Shown: piece by piece, positions 1-11,468 of the stretch
Position numbering within the stretch: position 1 is the first letter of the stretch
How the letters are laid out: each line of letters opens with the position of its first letter
DNA from: Azolla caroliniana
Taxonomy: Eukaryota > Plantae > Polypodiophyta
Length of the DNA: 64,000 bases
Direction of reading: 5' to 3'
NCBI GenBank assembly: GCA_043228905.1
Contig: JBHGNT010000006.1
Coordinates: 9,052,001-9,116,000 of the forward strand
The notes under the pieces: generated by a model
Databases searched by the model: none
What the model saw: only the letters and a program-made list of their open reading frames with translations
What the model was told of the DNA's origin: nothing
Translations under genes and position numbers: made by a program

Positions 1-1639
1 CATGGCTTCTCCCACGAGATCCAACAACTTCACGACGCCGCGCCTGACAAAAGACTCGTCCCCTCTGGCCCTAACCCTCTTCATAACTGAATTCTCAAGT
101 CTCACATGGTATCCAGTTTTCATCTGGTTCTCTATGGCATTAGGTAATGGAATCGTCACTCATATGATTTGGTCTGATAATCATCGATTCAGGTTTGATT
201 CGATTCGGACTTGATACTTGGTGATGTCTCCAGATTACATTCAGTCTTGATATTTGTTGGTGTAGATTCTACAGGGAAATTGGACTCAATCTGGTCCCTA
301 GTCAAATTTTTGTTCGCCTGGATATTCATTTTTATTCAACCAATTTTGAGTTGGATTGAATTCAGTCACTCGGATCGATTTCATTCAACATTTCGACACT
401 TGATTTTCATTCATCCGTATGAATTTTGTTCGACTTTGGTTGCTATTGGTTTTCAATGAGTCATTTCGACATTCAAATTCTTGTGATTTATTTTCAATAA
501 TTAGAACAATGGTTGGCATCAATCTTTTCTTTGTGTTTTGGGTTAGGCATTATGTGGTTCAATTTCCATGAATAGTTTGACAAGGGGTCATTCCACTTAT
601 TTGTGAGATACCTAGTTGATTGACTCGTCCATCTTGATCATTTTCAATGAACTCAAATATGAAAGAAGGTATTCATGTCATTCTAGAGATTACATAATGC
701 GATATCTCATGTGATGAGCTTCTTTTGATCTTTGTATGAGTAGTGGTAGTACTAAACCTTTACCATACTTGATCTATTGTCCGTTCGATTCCAGAGTGTG
801 CCGTTTCACCTTTTCTTATTCCTTGTTATAATAGAGTGCATAAAAAAACTCACACGAATGTAATTTCAATCACCTCATAGGAGATGTTGCCCTTTTGAAC
901 ACATTAACATGCCAATTCATATCATTTGCTTTGTCTCTCTCTATCCCAATAACTAATGCTAAGTTTTGGCATCAATTGATTAGTGATCTATGGGTGTAAC
1001 AAGGGTTCTCTAGCTTGACCTCACACTTGGATTATGGATCGATCAATATAAGAGGAGAATGTGCCAATGGCAAAGGAGGAGTACCTTCAAATGATATGCT
1101 CTTGGGGCGGTAGGTTGACACTAAAATGGGGCCTCCCTCACAAGTCATGCAAGTATATAGATATATCCTTGGTGGTTTGGTTTTGATCACCACTATTTTG
1201 GTTTCACGTGCATTCATGGAGTAACCACATGTTTGACACCAATCCTCAACAACCTAGAGAAAGCATCAAGAAGTGGTAACATCAAAGGAGAAGTGAACCA
1301 AATCATTTGTGTATTGAAAAAAATCACATTAGATACCGACTCAAAGCTAATTCGGCTGGATATCATAATTTTGAATCAAAATGCAAAGTAGACAACTTAC
1401 ATATAGCAAAACTCGTTGTGTTACTGGAAAGGAAGGATAATGCTGCCACAAGTCAAACATGGATATGGAAACAATGATCAAACAAATTGAGATAAAAGTT
1501 GGACAAGGATTAAGTGATAACAAGTTAAACATGGATATGTGAAATACTATCAAACCAGTTGAAATAAAGTTTGGACAGACTAAAAGTAAAATAACTAGAT
1601 CTATAGTTGGTAAAAATGTTGGAAGTGAAGATAACCAAC

Positions 1640-1975
1640 CCTATAGTAGTAAGGTAAAGTGTCAATCTTGATCTTGAATTCAAATTAGACATATCACCTA
1701 ACCATAGTTTTGAAGAAATGTAAAGATGTCTTTGCATGGAAGTTCAAAGTAGAGCACGACAAATTGCTGCAAAGAATGATCATCATTTGTATGTATTAAC
1801 GGAAATTGAATGTGACAACAAAATTGGATCCATTTCCCTTACCCTATATTTGCACTTTCGTAGATAGTATTGTGACATTGTGAGAGAATAAATTTATAGT
1901 TTTTTGGCTAGCTTCTCATTAAATAATTATATTACTATGAAAGATAAAGACAATTTGAAAACATCTTCTATTATA
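1640..1975 (+). pseudogene. Highly decayed Ty3/gypsy reverse-transcriptase fragment
   Basis: Broken motifs read by eye in the expected order: KDVFAW (~1722-1740), TKLDPFPLPYI (~1818-1850), a YSF.. remnant and KD.LKTS. These match gypsy RT N-terminal motifs, but there is no continuous ORF. Confidence 0.55.
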
Positions 1976-4014
1976 TTAATGCCAAACCTCAAGTTGTGTT
2001 GGAATTGGTCAACCCAATTACTCTTTGGAGTCTATGGAAACAACAGTGTAGACGGGTCTTCTCCAACCAAACCACGCATCTCGCAATGTTAATGCAAGAT
2101 ATATGGAGCGACGTTGTAACCACTCTAAAGATCCAATACGATGGCCTCAAGGGCGGATCCGATGGAGTTGAAAGACAACGACTAGACTTCATCCAACAAT
2201 GGTCGCACTCTCCTTTTCTTGAGATAGTGGGCATCCACATAAGATGGAACTATTGTATCCTTACACGGATTTGTATATAACACTCTCATCTGTAAAATTT
2301 TATAATTAATGGAAGGAGTTTTTTTAGAAAAAAAATATCTTTTATTAGTGAATGGGGTGATTTATATATCTAGTATTGAATTTTAGACTTAGGAACGAAA
2401 CTTCATACTTCCAAGGTGCCACCATGACAAGACTTTAACCTTATCTTGTTAGGAATGTTTATGGATGAATTGTGTTAAAAAAAGAAAAGGTATGAATTTA
2501 GGACATTTAAGGATGTGTGTGAATATATGTCAGAATTCAAAATGTCGTTTGACCACCAATTAAAATGTGTTATTCTTGTGAACGTTAGGAGATTATTAAA
2601 GCATCTAATATAAGTTGAGGAACCATTAATGAAGACAAAGTTAGTGAAAATGAAAGACCTAAAAGAATGACAAAGTTTATTGGATGTTGGCCATCCATCA
2701 AGCTTTTGTATTAACCACAACCCCTTGTACTATGTAACCAAACCCTAATTATAAAAGGCATTGTGTATATCTTGATTGGATTGAAAATGTAATCAATAGG
2801 AAAGATAAAATGGGTTATTGTTCCCAAAGGTAATTTAAGGATGACCCAACAAAGGCCTACCTAGTTTGATAGATTGAATGGCCTAAACTCTTGTATCAGT
2901 GACTTCATCATACTCTTAACTAGCACTTGATGGCCACAAATGGACCACTCCTCCAATTTTAATGGACAAAAGTTGTGAAGGTCATTCAAGGGGTCTCTCT
3001 CTCTCTCTCTCTACTACTACTACTACTACTACTAGCATTGCACTCCCATATGTTATATGTTTTTAGGGTTAGGGCTAATGGCAATGATGATTATCGATGA
3101 CGAAGATAGACATGGTGTAATAATGAAGATGATGGAGAGTATGATGGTGAGAGAGATCATGAAGATGTTGACAACCATTGAGAAGCATTGCGGGGTGGGG
3201 GGTGGTGCCTAGAATGGCTCCACCCCCCTCCCAAGGGGGTTCAACGTTAAGGGGAGGGAAAAGAGAGAGAGATGATGAGAGAGAGAGAGATTGAGAGAGA
3301 AATGGTTATTGTTCATTCATTCCCCATAAGGGGTTAAATAGGTACAAAAGGGTAGATACACAAGGGTGCAAGCCCCTTGGGCATTCACACCTAGTCACTC
3401 ACTCACACCTCTTTGTATCCACCACACTCACACTTACATTCACACTCATAATCGTATAAGATTACACATACATTACATCTTTCACCCCCACTTATCAATC
3501 ACCCGTACATCTCGTACGGTAACACCATACATGACATGTTGGGGTTCACATCCCAAATAGCTCCGACAACTCCTACTCGACCACAAAAAATTTTGTGGCA
3601 TCTTCTCGGCCCTCTAGTGCACTTTACTCTTCCCCAACTTCAAACAGTTATTTCGAGTTACACAAACAAAGATTTCCAATGAAGAGAGCACAAACATTGT
3701 TAAGTTTCTGTTGTGCACTACATCACGTTAGATTGCTATCAAAGAGTGACAATGAAAATTGGACAAGAGATAAAGAGGATAGAGTCTAGACATAACACTT
3801 GGTCATTATAAAAGTCATCATAGTCTAAACTCTAGAGGCAAGAAAAAGGGGGACAAGAGACAAAAATGAAGAGAGACCAAGGCATACTGGCCAAAATAGT
3901 GGGAATGTGCCAAAATATACTAAAATATATAAATGTTAATTTTAGGGCTCTTTTATGTTTCAAGTATTGATGTCTAGTACTAGTAGAATAATACCCTAAC
4001 TATTAATAGGTCAA

Positions 4015-4085
4015 GCATTGGTGGCCTAGGGGTAGAGTAGTACCTTGCCACGGTACAAACCCGGGTTCAAATCCCGGCCAATGCA
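4015..4085 (+). tRNA. trnG-GCC: tRNA-Gly (anticodon GCC), slightly atypical
   Basis: GCATTGG/CCAATGC acceptor stem, GTACC-TTGCCAC-GGTAC anticodon arm, CCGGG-TTCAAAT-CCCGG T arm, 71 nt. D-arm substitutions relative to the usual plant tRNA-Gly leave functionality uncertain. Confidence 0.85.
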
Positions 4086-4254
4086 ATTTACAAGCCATCC
4101 CAGTCTAGACTCTAGACGCAGGAAAAAGGAGGGGAAGAGGTGTTTTGGCCAAAATAATGGGAAACTACCATAATAAAGTAAATATATATAAATGTTAAAT
4201 TTAGGGCTTTTTGTAAGTTTGAAGTACTGCAATCTAGTAGAACAATAGGGTCAA

Positions 4255-4325
4255 GCACTGGCAGTTTTATGGTAGAATAGTACTCTGCCACGATATAGTC
4301 CTGGGTTGATTTCCCATCCAATGCA
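4255..4325 (+). pseudogene. Degenerate tRNA-Gly(GCC) pseudogene
   Basis: gcactggcag..tggtagaatagtactctgccacgatatag..gggttgatttcccatccaatgca is colinear with 4015-4085 but has a broken B box (GGTTGATT) and stem mismatches. Confidence 0.8.
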
Positions 4326-4601
4326 ATTTGCCTGCTAATTTTTGGCCTTAGTCTCATCGGTCAAATTTGGTCTTAGAAATGATCCCCAAATACTCCAACA
4401 TCCAAAACATACATATGCTTTTCGACTTGGCTCTCTCTCTCTCTCATGGTAGACTAGAGAGACAACTTGAATAACATTTAGACTTTCATGCCTGTGCTCG
4501 TCGTGTGCGAAATGCCAATGTGACTACGACATAACACAAACTCGGCTAAGTCTCGAACCCATTTACTTTATCCTTTTTTTTCTTTTCTTATTGACACTAC
4601 A

Positions 4602-5408
4602 ATGTCTAAACGAAAGGAACACAAGGATACACAAGACGAGGCTATAAGTAAGGAGGACTTTTTGGATATGTTTAACCGTTTAACAAAAATAGAGACGGAT
4701 ATGAAAAAATGGGTGAAAGACGCCGAAACCCACAAGAAAAAAGATAGAGAGGAAAAAGACACCCTCAAGGCCGAAATAGAAAAACTTAAAGAGGAAAACA
4801 CAAACCTCAAACAACAACTTAATGACATCAAGGTATCCCGAGAGGACGGTGAAATATCCTCCATAGAGGATATAAAAGATGAGATCAAAAAAGTTAAAGA
4901 GGAGGTTAAAAATAACATAGAGTTAGCAAAAACGGGTTGGGTAGATGTCGTTAAAAGAAACATTAAAAAAGAAATAAAGGATGAAAATATTGTTAATACC
5001 ACCCTCGAAGAGGAGAAAATGCGTCAGGCCCGACGCCTAAATGTGCGTGTCACTGGGCTCAAGGAAGGTGCATCCCCAGACGAGGATGCACAAACACTCG
5101 GGAAAATGTTAGGGTACACAACGACCCTACCTATCACCAAAGCTTGGAGGGCCGGACGCGACACAACTAGGAAGAGAGCCTTAGTTCTTCAATTTAAAGA
5201 CTTAGACTCTAGAATCACTTTCTTTAAGAAGAGACCAATTCTTCGAGGATTGGGTGGGGACCCTATCTATCTCGATGAAGACCTCACCAAGATGCAAATT
5301 GAGCATCGCAAGAGTTGTATGCCAAAGGTTATGCAAGCTCGCAAAGACGGGCATCGCGCCTTTTATCGAGATGGGCGAGTGATCATAAATGATCGCACTA
5401 TTAATTGA
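4602..5408 (+). CDS. LINE ORF1p (coiled-coil plus RRM/CTD-like, 268 aa)
   Basis: Intact ORF: charged coiled-coil N-half, then RRLNVRVTGLKE and IYLDEDLT motifs typical of LINE ORF1 C-terminal domains; ends 6 nt before ORF2. Confidence 0.8.
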   Translation: MSKRKEHKDTQDEAISKEDFLDMFNRLTKIETDMKKWVKDAETHKKKDREEKDTLKAEIEKLKEENTNLKQQLNDIKVSREDGEISSIEDIKDEIKKVKEEVKNNIELAKTGWVDVVKRNIKKEIKDENIVNTTLEEEKMRQARRLNVRVTGLKEGASPDEDAQTLGKMLGYTTTLPITKAWRAGRDTTRKRALVLQFKDLDSRITFFKKRPILRGLGGDPIYLDEDLTKMQIEHRKSCMPKVMQARKDGHRAFYRDGRVIINDRTIN

Positions 5409-5414
5409 CGGCGT

Positions 5415-8400
5415 GTGGCCCATGTGACAGAAAACACACTTAGGATGACCTTATGGAATTGTAACGGCGCACTCTGGACACACCCCGGCCGCCTAGAGGG
5501 GATATTAAAGGAATCAGATATAGTTTGCCTAGTAGAAACACACCAAAACCCAAATAGGGGACTCCCACGAGTCGAAGGATTTCGTTGGGAGTCGGCTTTT
5601 AGACAAACCTCACGTCGATTCACTACCAGGGGATCTGGAGGTGTCGCAATATTGTTTCGGAGGGAGCTACATAATAGGATAGAAATACTGAGCACAGACC
5701 CAGAAGCTCGTTTTATGTGGGTGAAAGTCTCCACAAGCAAGGACAAGGCAGTAATTTTCGCCATTTGTTACTTCCCCCCAAAAGGCTCTCGTTATAATCT
5801 GGCTGGCGAGGCGAGATTAGTTGATGACGGAGTGCCACATGGGCCTTCCCCATATGAACCTCTATCGGATGACATAATCCGATATTCTTCCCAAGGCGAA
5901 GTATTCCTTGTAGGAGACTTTAATGCGAGAACCCAATCCCGACAATGCACAATATTTCAAATGAATAGAAACCTAGAAATGGTAAATGTCGATCCTTCAG
6001 ACATAGACACCACACGTAGATCAAAGGATCAAGGTGCAGACGCCACGAGCTTTGGCCATCATTTGCTCGAACTCGGTAGTCGGCACCAGATGGTCATATA
6101 TAATGGTTTAGCCAAGTGGCCAGGTTCGGAAGAGCTCACATGTTTCCCACATGGAGGAGGGGAAAGCACAGTCGATTATCTAATAGGACGCCCTGAAGCC
6201 ACCCACATGATTAACTCCTTCCGAGTGGCCCCATGTCCTATTGGCGCGGACCATAGTTTCTACTTCGAGATAAAATGCGATATCTCTAACGTCACCAACT
6301 CTAGTCAACCACGCCATGACACCACAATACATTTCACACATGAGCTCTCTGACATATATGCTCGACATGTTCAAGCCCATCTCTCCTCCCTTGATCCCTC
6401 CCTACCTTTAGAGAGCCTTAATACGAAACTCACACACATCCTTCATTCTACAGCGGTTAGCAGCTTCCCATACACGAAACACTCCAATCAAGGTAAAGTA
6501 GGATCTATGCCACAAAATAGATGGTATGATGAGGATTGTAGGTGCTTACATCGACAACTTACAATATCGCAACTCAGTGGTAGTATTACCTCAGTACAAG
6601 CTCGTAAAGAAATGCGCAAGATGACACGTCGTAAGAGACGAGCATGGGAGGCATCCCAATATTGGGAACTCTACCACATGCTCATGAGTAACGATTGTGC
6701 CACTGCATGGAAGAGATTACGGGAACCAAGACCACAAACACCCATCGAAGATCCCGAAACTTGGCACACTTATACAGAGAGACTTTACCACATCCCAAAC
6801 CAACCACCCATTCCAATGCCTTCCACACCCCGACCTACTGTGGGGACACTCTTCACGACCTCTAGGGTCACGAAGGTCATAAAGAAATTACAACATAGGA
6901 AGTCCATGGACCACACAGGATTGCGAGCAGAACACATCATATACGCGAGAGAGTGCCTAGCTCCCTTACTAACTCTAATCTTCAATCGTGCCCTTGCAGA
7001 GGGTTTTCCATCACAATGGACCATGAACACAGTGGCCCCCATACATAAGGGGGGGGACCCCATGGACCCAAATACTTATAGGACCATTATGATAGGTCAT
7101 ACCCTTGCTAAATTATATGGTGCAGTAATGGAGGCAGAGCTTAGCGAGTATATGGAGACCTTAAATCTTCGTGCACCTGAACAGGCCGGCTTTAGACGAG
7201 CCTTCTCCACTATTGACCATATCTTCACACTTAGATGCTTAATTGACTAGACTAAGGCTCGCAAGAAGAAACTATATTGTTGTTTTGTGGACTTCCGCAA
7301 AGCCTTTGACACGGTCCCTAGAGAGCGGTTGTTTGATAGGCTTAAGAGCTTGAGGATACCAGATGACATGGTTTGGGCCATCTACGCACTATATGAACAA
7401 GTGTCCGGGTGTGTTCGGTGCCCAGGCGGCATATCCGATAGTTTCACTAGCACTATTGGTGTAAAACAAGGTTGCCCCTTATCTCCGACTCTTTTTGGGA
7501 TCTACATTGATGAGATCACAGATTTTATTGCTCGTAAGGGAGGCAATGGAGTAGTCCTTGGAGATACGCAGGTGCGTATCTTGCTCTATGCAGATGACAT
7601 AGTTTTGCTCTCTGAATCCGAACACGACCTACAAAGGCACCTTAATGCCTTAGATGATTTTTGCACACAACGAGGATTGGTAGTGAATCTAGGGAAAACT
7701 AAAGTCCTTATCTTCCACACGTCGGCCCAAGTTAGAGCTAAGTGTCACCTAACTATCTCCCATAGCCCAGTTGAGGTGGTTGGATCATATGTCTATCTCG
7801 GAGTCACTTTCAGTGCCCGCTCAGGTAAATTTTCGATGACACAAGCAGCGAAGGATAGACTTACAAGAGGACATGCATCCCTCTCACTCCTCGAGAGACA
7901 ATGCCACCAAGCATACTTCCAAGAGCCACGAACTAAAGGGTGGCTCTTTGACTCATTAGTGACTCCCTCTCTCATGTATGCATCAGCGGTTTGGGCCCCA
8001 GGACTACCATCTTTCATGTGGACGCAATTAGAGAGACCATTGGTGATGATGTTATCACGCCAACTCCGAAGCAAATCGTCGGTCCCACATGACATTATTA
8101 GGGCTGAGTTCACTCTACCCCCTATGTTAGTAGAAGCACTTTTTCAACTGGTAGTCTTTATACACAGGATACATAACCAACCACTTGATAGAATATCCCA
8201 CCAAGCCTTTAAGGCTTCTCGTGCATTGTATGAGTCCGGCTATACTAGCTCATGGTATGGCATGATGGTGAGTTGGCTTCTTGCCAACGGTCTAGACATT
8301 ACTAACCTCCCCCCCCTTAAGTACGACCACACGAATGATAACACTTTACTCTCTCATGAGGACCGTAATAAAGTAATACGCCAAGAAATATGGCAAATTT

Positions 8401-9155
8401 ATACCCGGTATAAATGGATCACCCCACTAGAGCCACTCCCATCTAAAATGTCGTACTATAAGGAACACTTTATGCACTTCTCTGAGTTAGGTTTTATCAC
8501 GCGCCCAAAATATCTAGATGTATTCTTACCACATGCACTAAGGGTTGCCATTGGTCAACTTAGAATATCATCTCACCAACTTGAGATTGAGAATGGACGT
8601 ACTAATGGAGTCCCTAGGGAGGAAAGGATATGTAGGTTATGCCACATAGAGATAGAGGATGAGTACCATTTTACATGCAAATGCCCCACCTATGCCGAGA
8701 TAAGGGCAAAATACCAAGACATACTTGGTTCCTCTCCCACCCTCCCTAAACTATTAGATACACTAGATATAAAGAAATTAGGTAGATACATCTTAGAATT
8801 GAAACACCACAGAGAGAACAAATTACAAAACGTTGATAATAATGTTGCTAATGTTTACCAACATATAACGAATGAAGTTTTTCAGGAACAGGGGGAGACA
8901 ATGAATGTCGACACACCTGCACCACTCAGACTTCTCCTTGATGACGCAGAAAATCAAAGAAGAACCAAACGCCCTCGGATGCCGGGTTTCAAAGCAACTC
9001 GACGAGATGTAGAAGCAATAAAGAAAATAAGGGAACGTGAACTACATCGCCTAGAAGCCATGGCTAGGGCACTCTATGCATCGGGACCATGGGTCACACC
9101 CACACCAAAAACTTTTGACCTCCCACTTCTTTTTGAGAGACTTGGGTGGAAATGA
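5415..9155 (+). pseudogene. LINE ORF2p (AP endonuclease + RT + Zn-finger-like) with one in-frame nonsense codon at 7248-7250
   Basis: APE motifs WNCNG, LVETH, GDFNAR, VDY, ADH; RT motifs QAGFR, DFRKAFD, GVKQGCPLSP, YADD. ORFs 5415-7250 and 7287-9155 are in the same frame, joined by *TKARKKKLYCCF. Confidence 0.9.
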
Positions 9156-9548
9156 GATTAGGCTTGGTGCAAAGTTTTGTACACTACTAGAACTTTCTTA
9201 GCTTAAGCTATTTTCTTTTATTTTTAGTTTTGATGATTGGATAAACACTCATTTTTTGTTGTAACCTATTTGTCTCATGGGCCAAATTTGGCCTTAGAAG
9301 ACGTTAATATATCTTTCTTTCTTTCTTTCTTTCTCTCTCTCTTTGTTAAAATCATACAATAATATTAATTGTATGTAAAACTCACTATTGTAACTTCTTA
9401 GCCTTGTCTACCTATGTACGTCAATATAGGGACATCCTCAACTTGAATATGCATTTGAGGAAATGACCTCCACATGCTCCAGCCTCCAACATCCAAGAAA
9501 TCCACATGAAATGTCTTTCAACTTTTTAACATAGGTTAGTGCTCTCTA

Positions 9549-9584
9549 TAGTGGTAGACTATTAATATTAGACCTAGGGTTCAA
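9549..9584 (+). pseudogene. Possible third, internally deleted tRNA-Gly relic
   Basis: tagtggtagactatta...tagacctagggttcaa resembles the D-arm (TAGTGGTAGAATAGTA) and variable/T-arm (AGACCCGGGTTC) of tRNA-Gly with the anticodon loop missing. Confidence 0.4.
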
Positions 9585-11468
9585 GGTACTATTTTCACGC
9601 CTCTCTATACACATTCTATATTTTTCTTAATTTACTAAATGCCACAATGGAATGTAGGGGTTGAATGAATGACTTTCTAGTCTTTGTTAGTCAACCTTAC
9701 TCTTTTTATTGTTGTGGTTGATGTTAATTAGTACATAAGTGTGGTTTATGATGAAGATTTATTGTGTATTCACTAAGTAAGTGATTAGTTAGTTTGAGAT
9801 ATTAACGTATTTAATTACGTCTAGCGTTAAGAGTTAACGTGAGATTGCGGTTCACCAAGTGATGTTTGTTCACCCCAAATTTCAATATGCTCAAGAATGA
9901 TACATCCAATAATAAGGTGTTACCCACCAAACTCTAGACATTAACAATTCAATGAGGAATCTCCTCTCAAAGCTTAAGTAGGTGAGACCACGTAAAACTT
10001 TATATTTGGTGCTATTGTCAAGGATTTGTGGGTGTCAAAAAACATTTGGTTGAGCTTCTCGTAAGCTTTTGTGGCATGTAACGTAGTAGTATTTTTTTCT
10101 TAATTTTTCATTATTATTTGGGTTTTAATTTTTGGGGATTTAGCAGTAAATCCCCTAAAAACATCCCTTGGTAAAGTACCTATATACTTGTGAAGTAATT
10201 AGGAACTCTTAAACTCCTAAACAACTACCAAACATGACTCTCGTGGGCCGAGGCTAACCACTTATGATAGTTGACTATCGAGATTCTAAAGTATTGATGT
10301 TTTTAGTGAGATTAAAATTTGTATTTATTGACTTTATTTTTCTTATTGAAAATAGAAAGAAGATATGTTTTAAACTAAAGATAAGTGTTGACAATTTATA
10401 TACATTCTTCACTTGATTTTACCTCTACATATGTATAACTTGACTCCATCTTATTTTAACTCCAACGATTCCCCTTTTTTGGGGGCATATTTCTTTCACA
10501 TTATTGAAATATTGGAGAAACATGCAATATACATAATAGATGAGTTTGCCCACATAACAAAAGCAATGCATGATGTGATTCCAAATAACATGTGTGCACT
10601 ATTTAATTGTAATATTCAAGATTAAATGAGGCAAAATGTAAACAGGGAGAAAAATCATGGACTTATCGAATCCATGTTTAGCCAACTCCATAAGATGGCA
10701 TTGATTCGTCGGGGTCACCAAACAAACAAATAAAGTTCAATGTACAAGAGAATCGAGTTGGTGTGGAGCTTCCACATTGTCTAGGTAGTTCCTACGAGCA
10801 TAATCGTAACCGTAGTTGTAGGCTAATTCATCCAAAATGAAGGATGGGGATTGAGTTATCTCAATCCTACAAGAGGAGATAACTTTAGAGCGTTTCATCA
10901 CTTGGCAACTTTTTATAAAAAAAGCAACGAAGTTGTAAAAACACACAAGGACCTAGGGTTTTAAGCTAGCTACCTTCACGAAGGACATATCTTTTCTTTA
11001 TCGTTTTGAGATAGAGACTTTGAGAGTGTGGCAAAGCTCTAGATTCATACATGTGTGCCTTCTTCAAACCCAATTTACGATCGATATTTGTACATACTGG
11101 TATGGGACATCGACGGGGGACTTGGATCTGTCTCTCACCTTCGCTAGGGGTTGGTCGGGTGGATTAATACCCTTTCTTCCTTATTTTCCTCTTCAATTTT
11201 GCTTAACATTAATTAACATTCTAATTATAGTAGATGTAAATTCAATAAAATTATAAAATTCCGTAATCCTATCCTAGCAAAAGAAAAAGAAGAGAAGAAG
11301 AAGTGGAAAAAGTTGCACCACCGTAGACCTATCTTGACAGACTCTCTGCGCGTCATCCACCATCGCCATACTGTCTACAGCTGAGAATAAGAACTTGGAA
11401 GGCCCCCAAATGGTGGAAATGTTGATGATGACAATGTATTTGTTCTAAAGAGAAAAAGGAAGAAGAGC

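Larger units (their letters stand above)
3825..4330 (+). repeat. Diverged tandem duplication (~240-280 bp unit), each unit ending in a tRNA-Gly sequence
   Basis: Shared blocks tcta(a/g)actctaga.gca.gaaaaagg, ggccaaaata.tggga, tatataaatgttaa.tttagggct.ttt and ctagtagaa...atagg(g)tcaagca occur at 3825-4085 and 4103-4325. Confidence 0.8.
4460..9335 (+). mobile_element. Near full-length non-LTR retrotransposon, RTE/RTEX-like, with (TTTC)n tail; 5' boundary approximate
   Basis: Coiled-coil ORF1 plus APE-RT ORF2 with a C-terminal RICRLC..EDEYHF..CP.Y motif. The 3' UTR ends in the palindrome GGCCAAATTTGGCC and a (TTTC)n microsatellite rather than poly-A. No clear TSD. Confidence 0.85.

Noticed and set aside
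100-120. CACA-TGGTATCC resembling an LTR end plus iMet PBS
   Set aside because: Only 7 nt match and no partner LTR or PPT was found; may belong to the gypsy relic at 1640-1975 but cannot be supported.
10637-11210. Possible solo LTR (TGTAAAC...TTAACA)
   Set aside because: No target-site duplication or second copy in the window.
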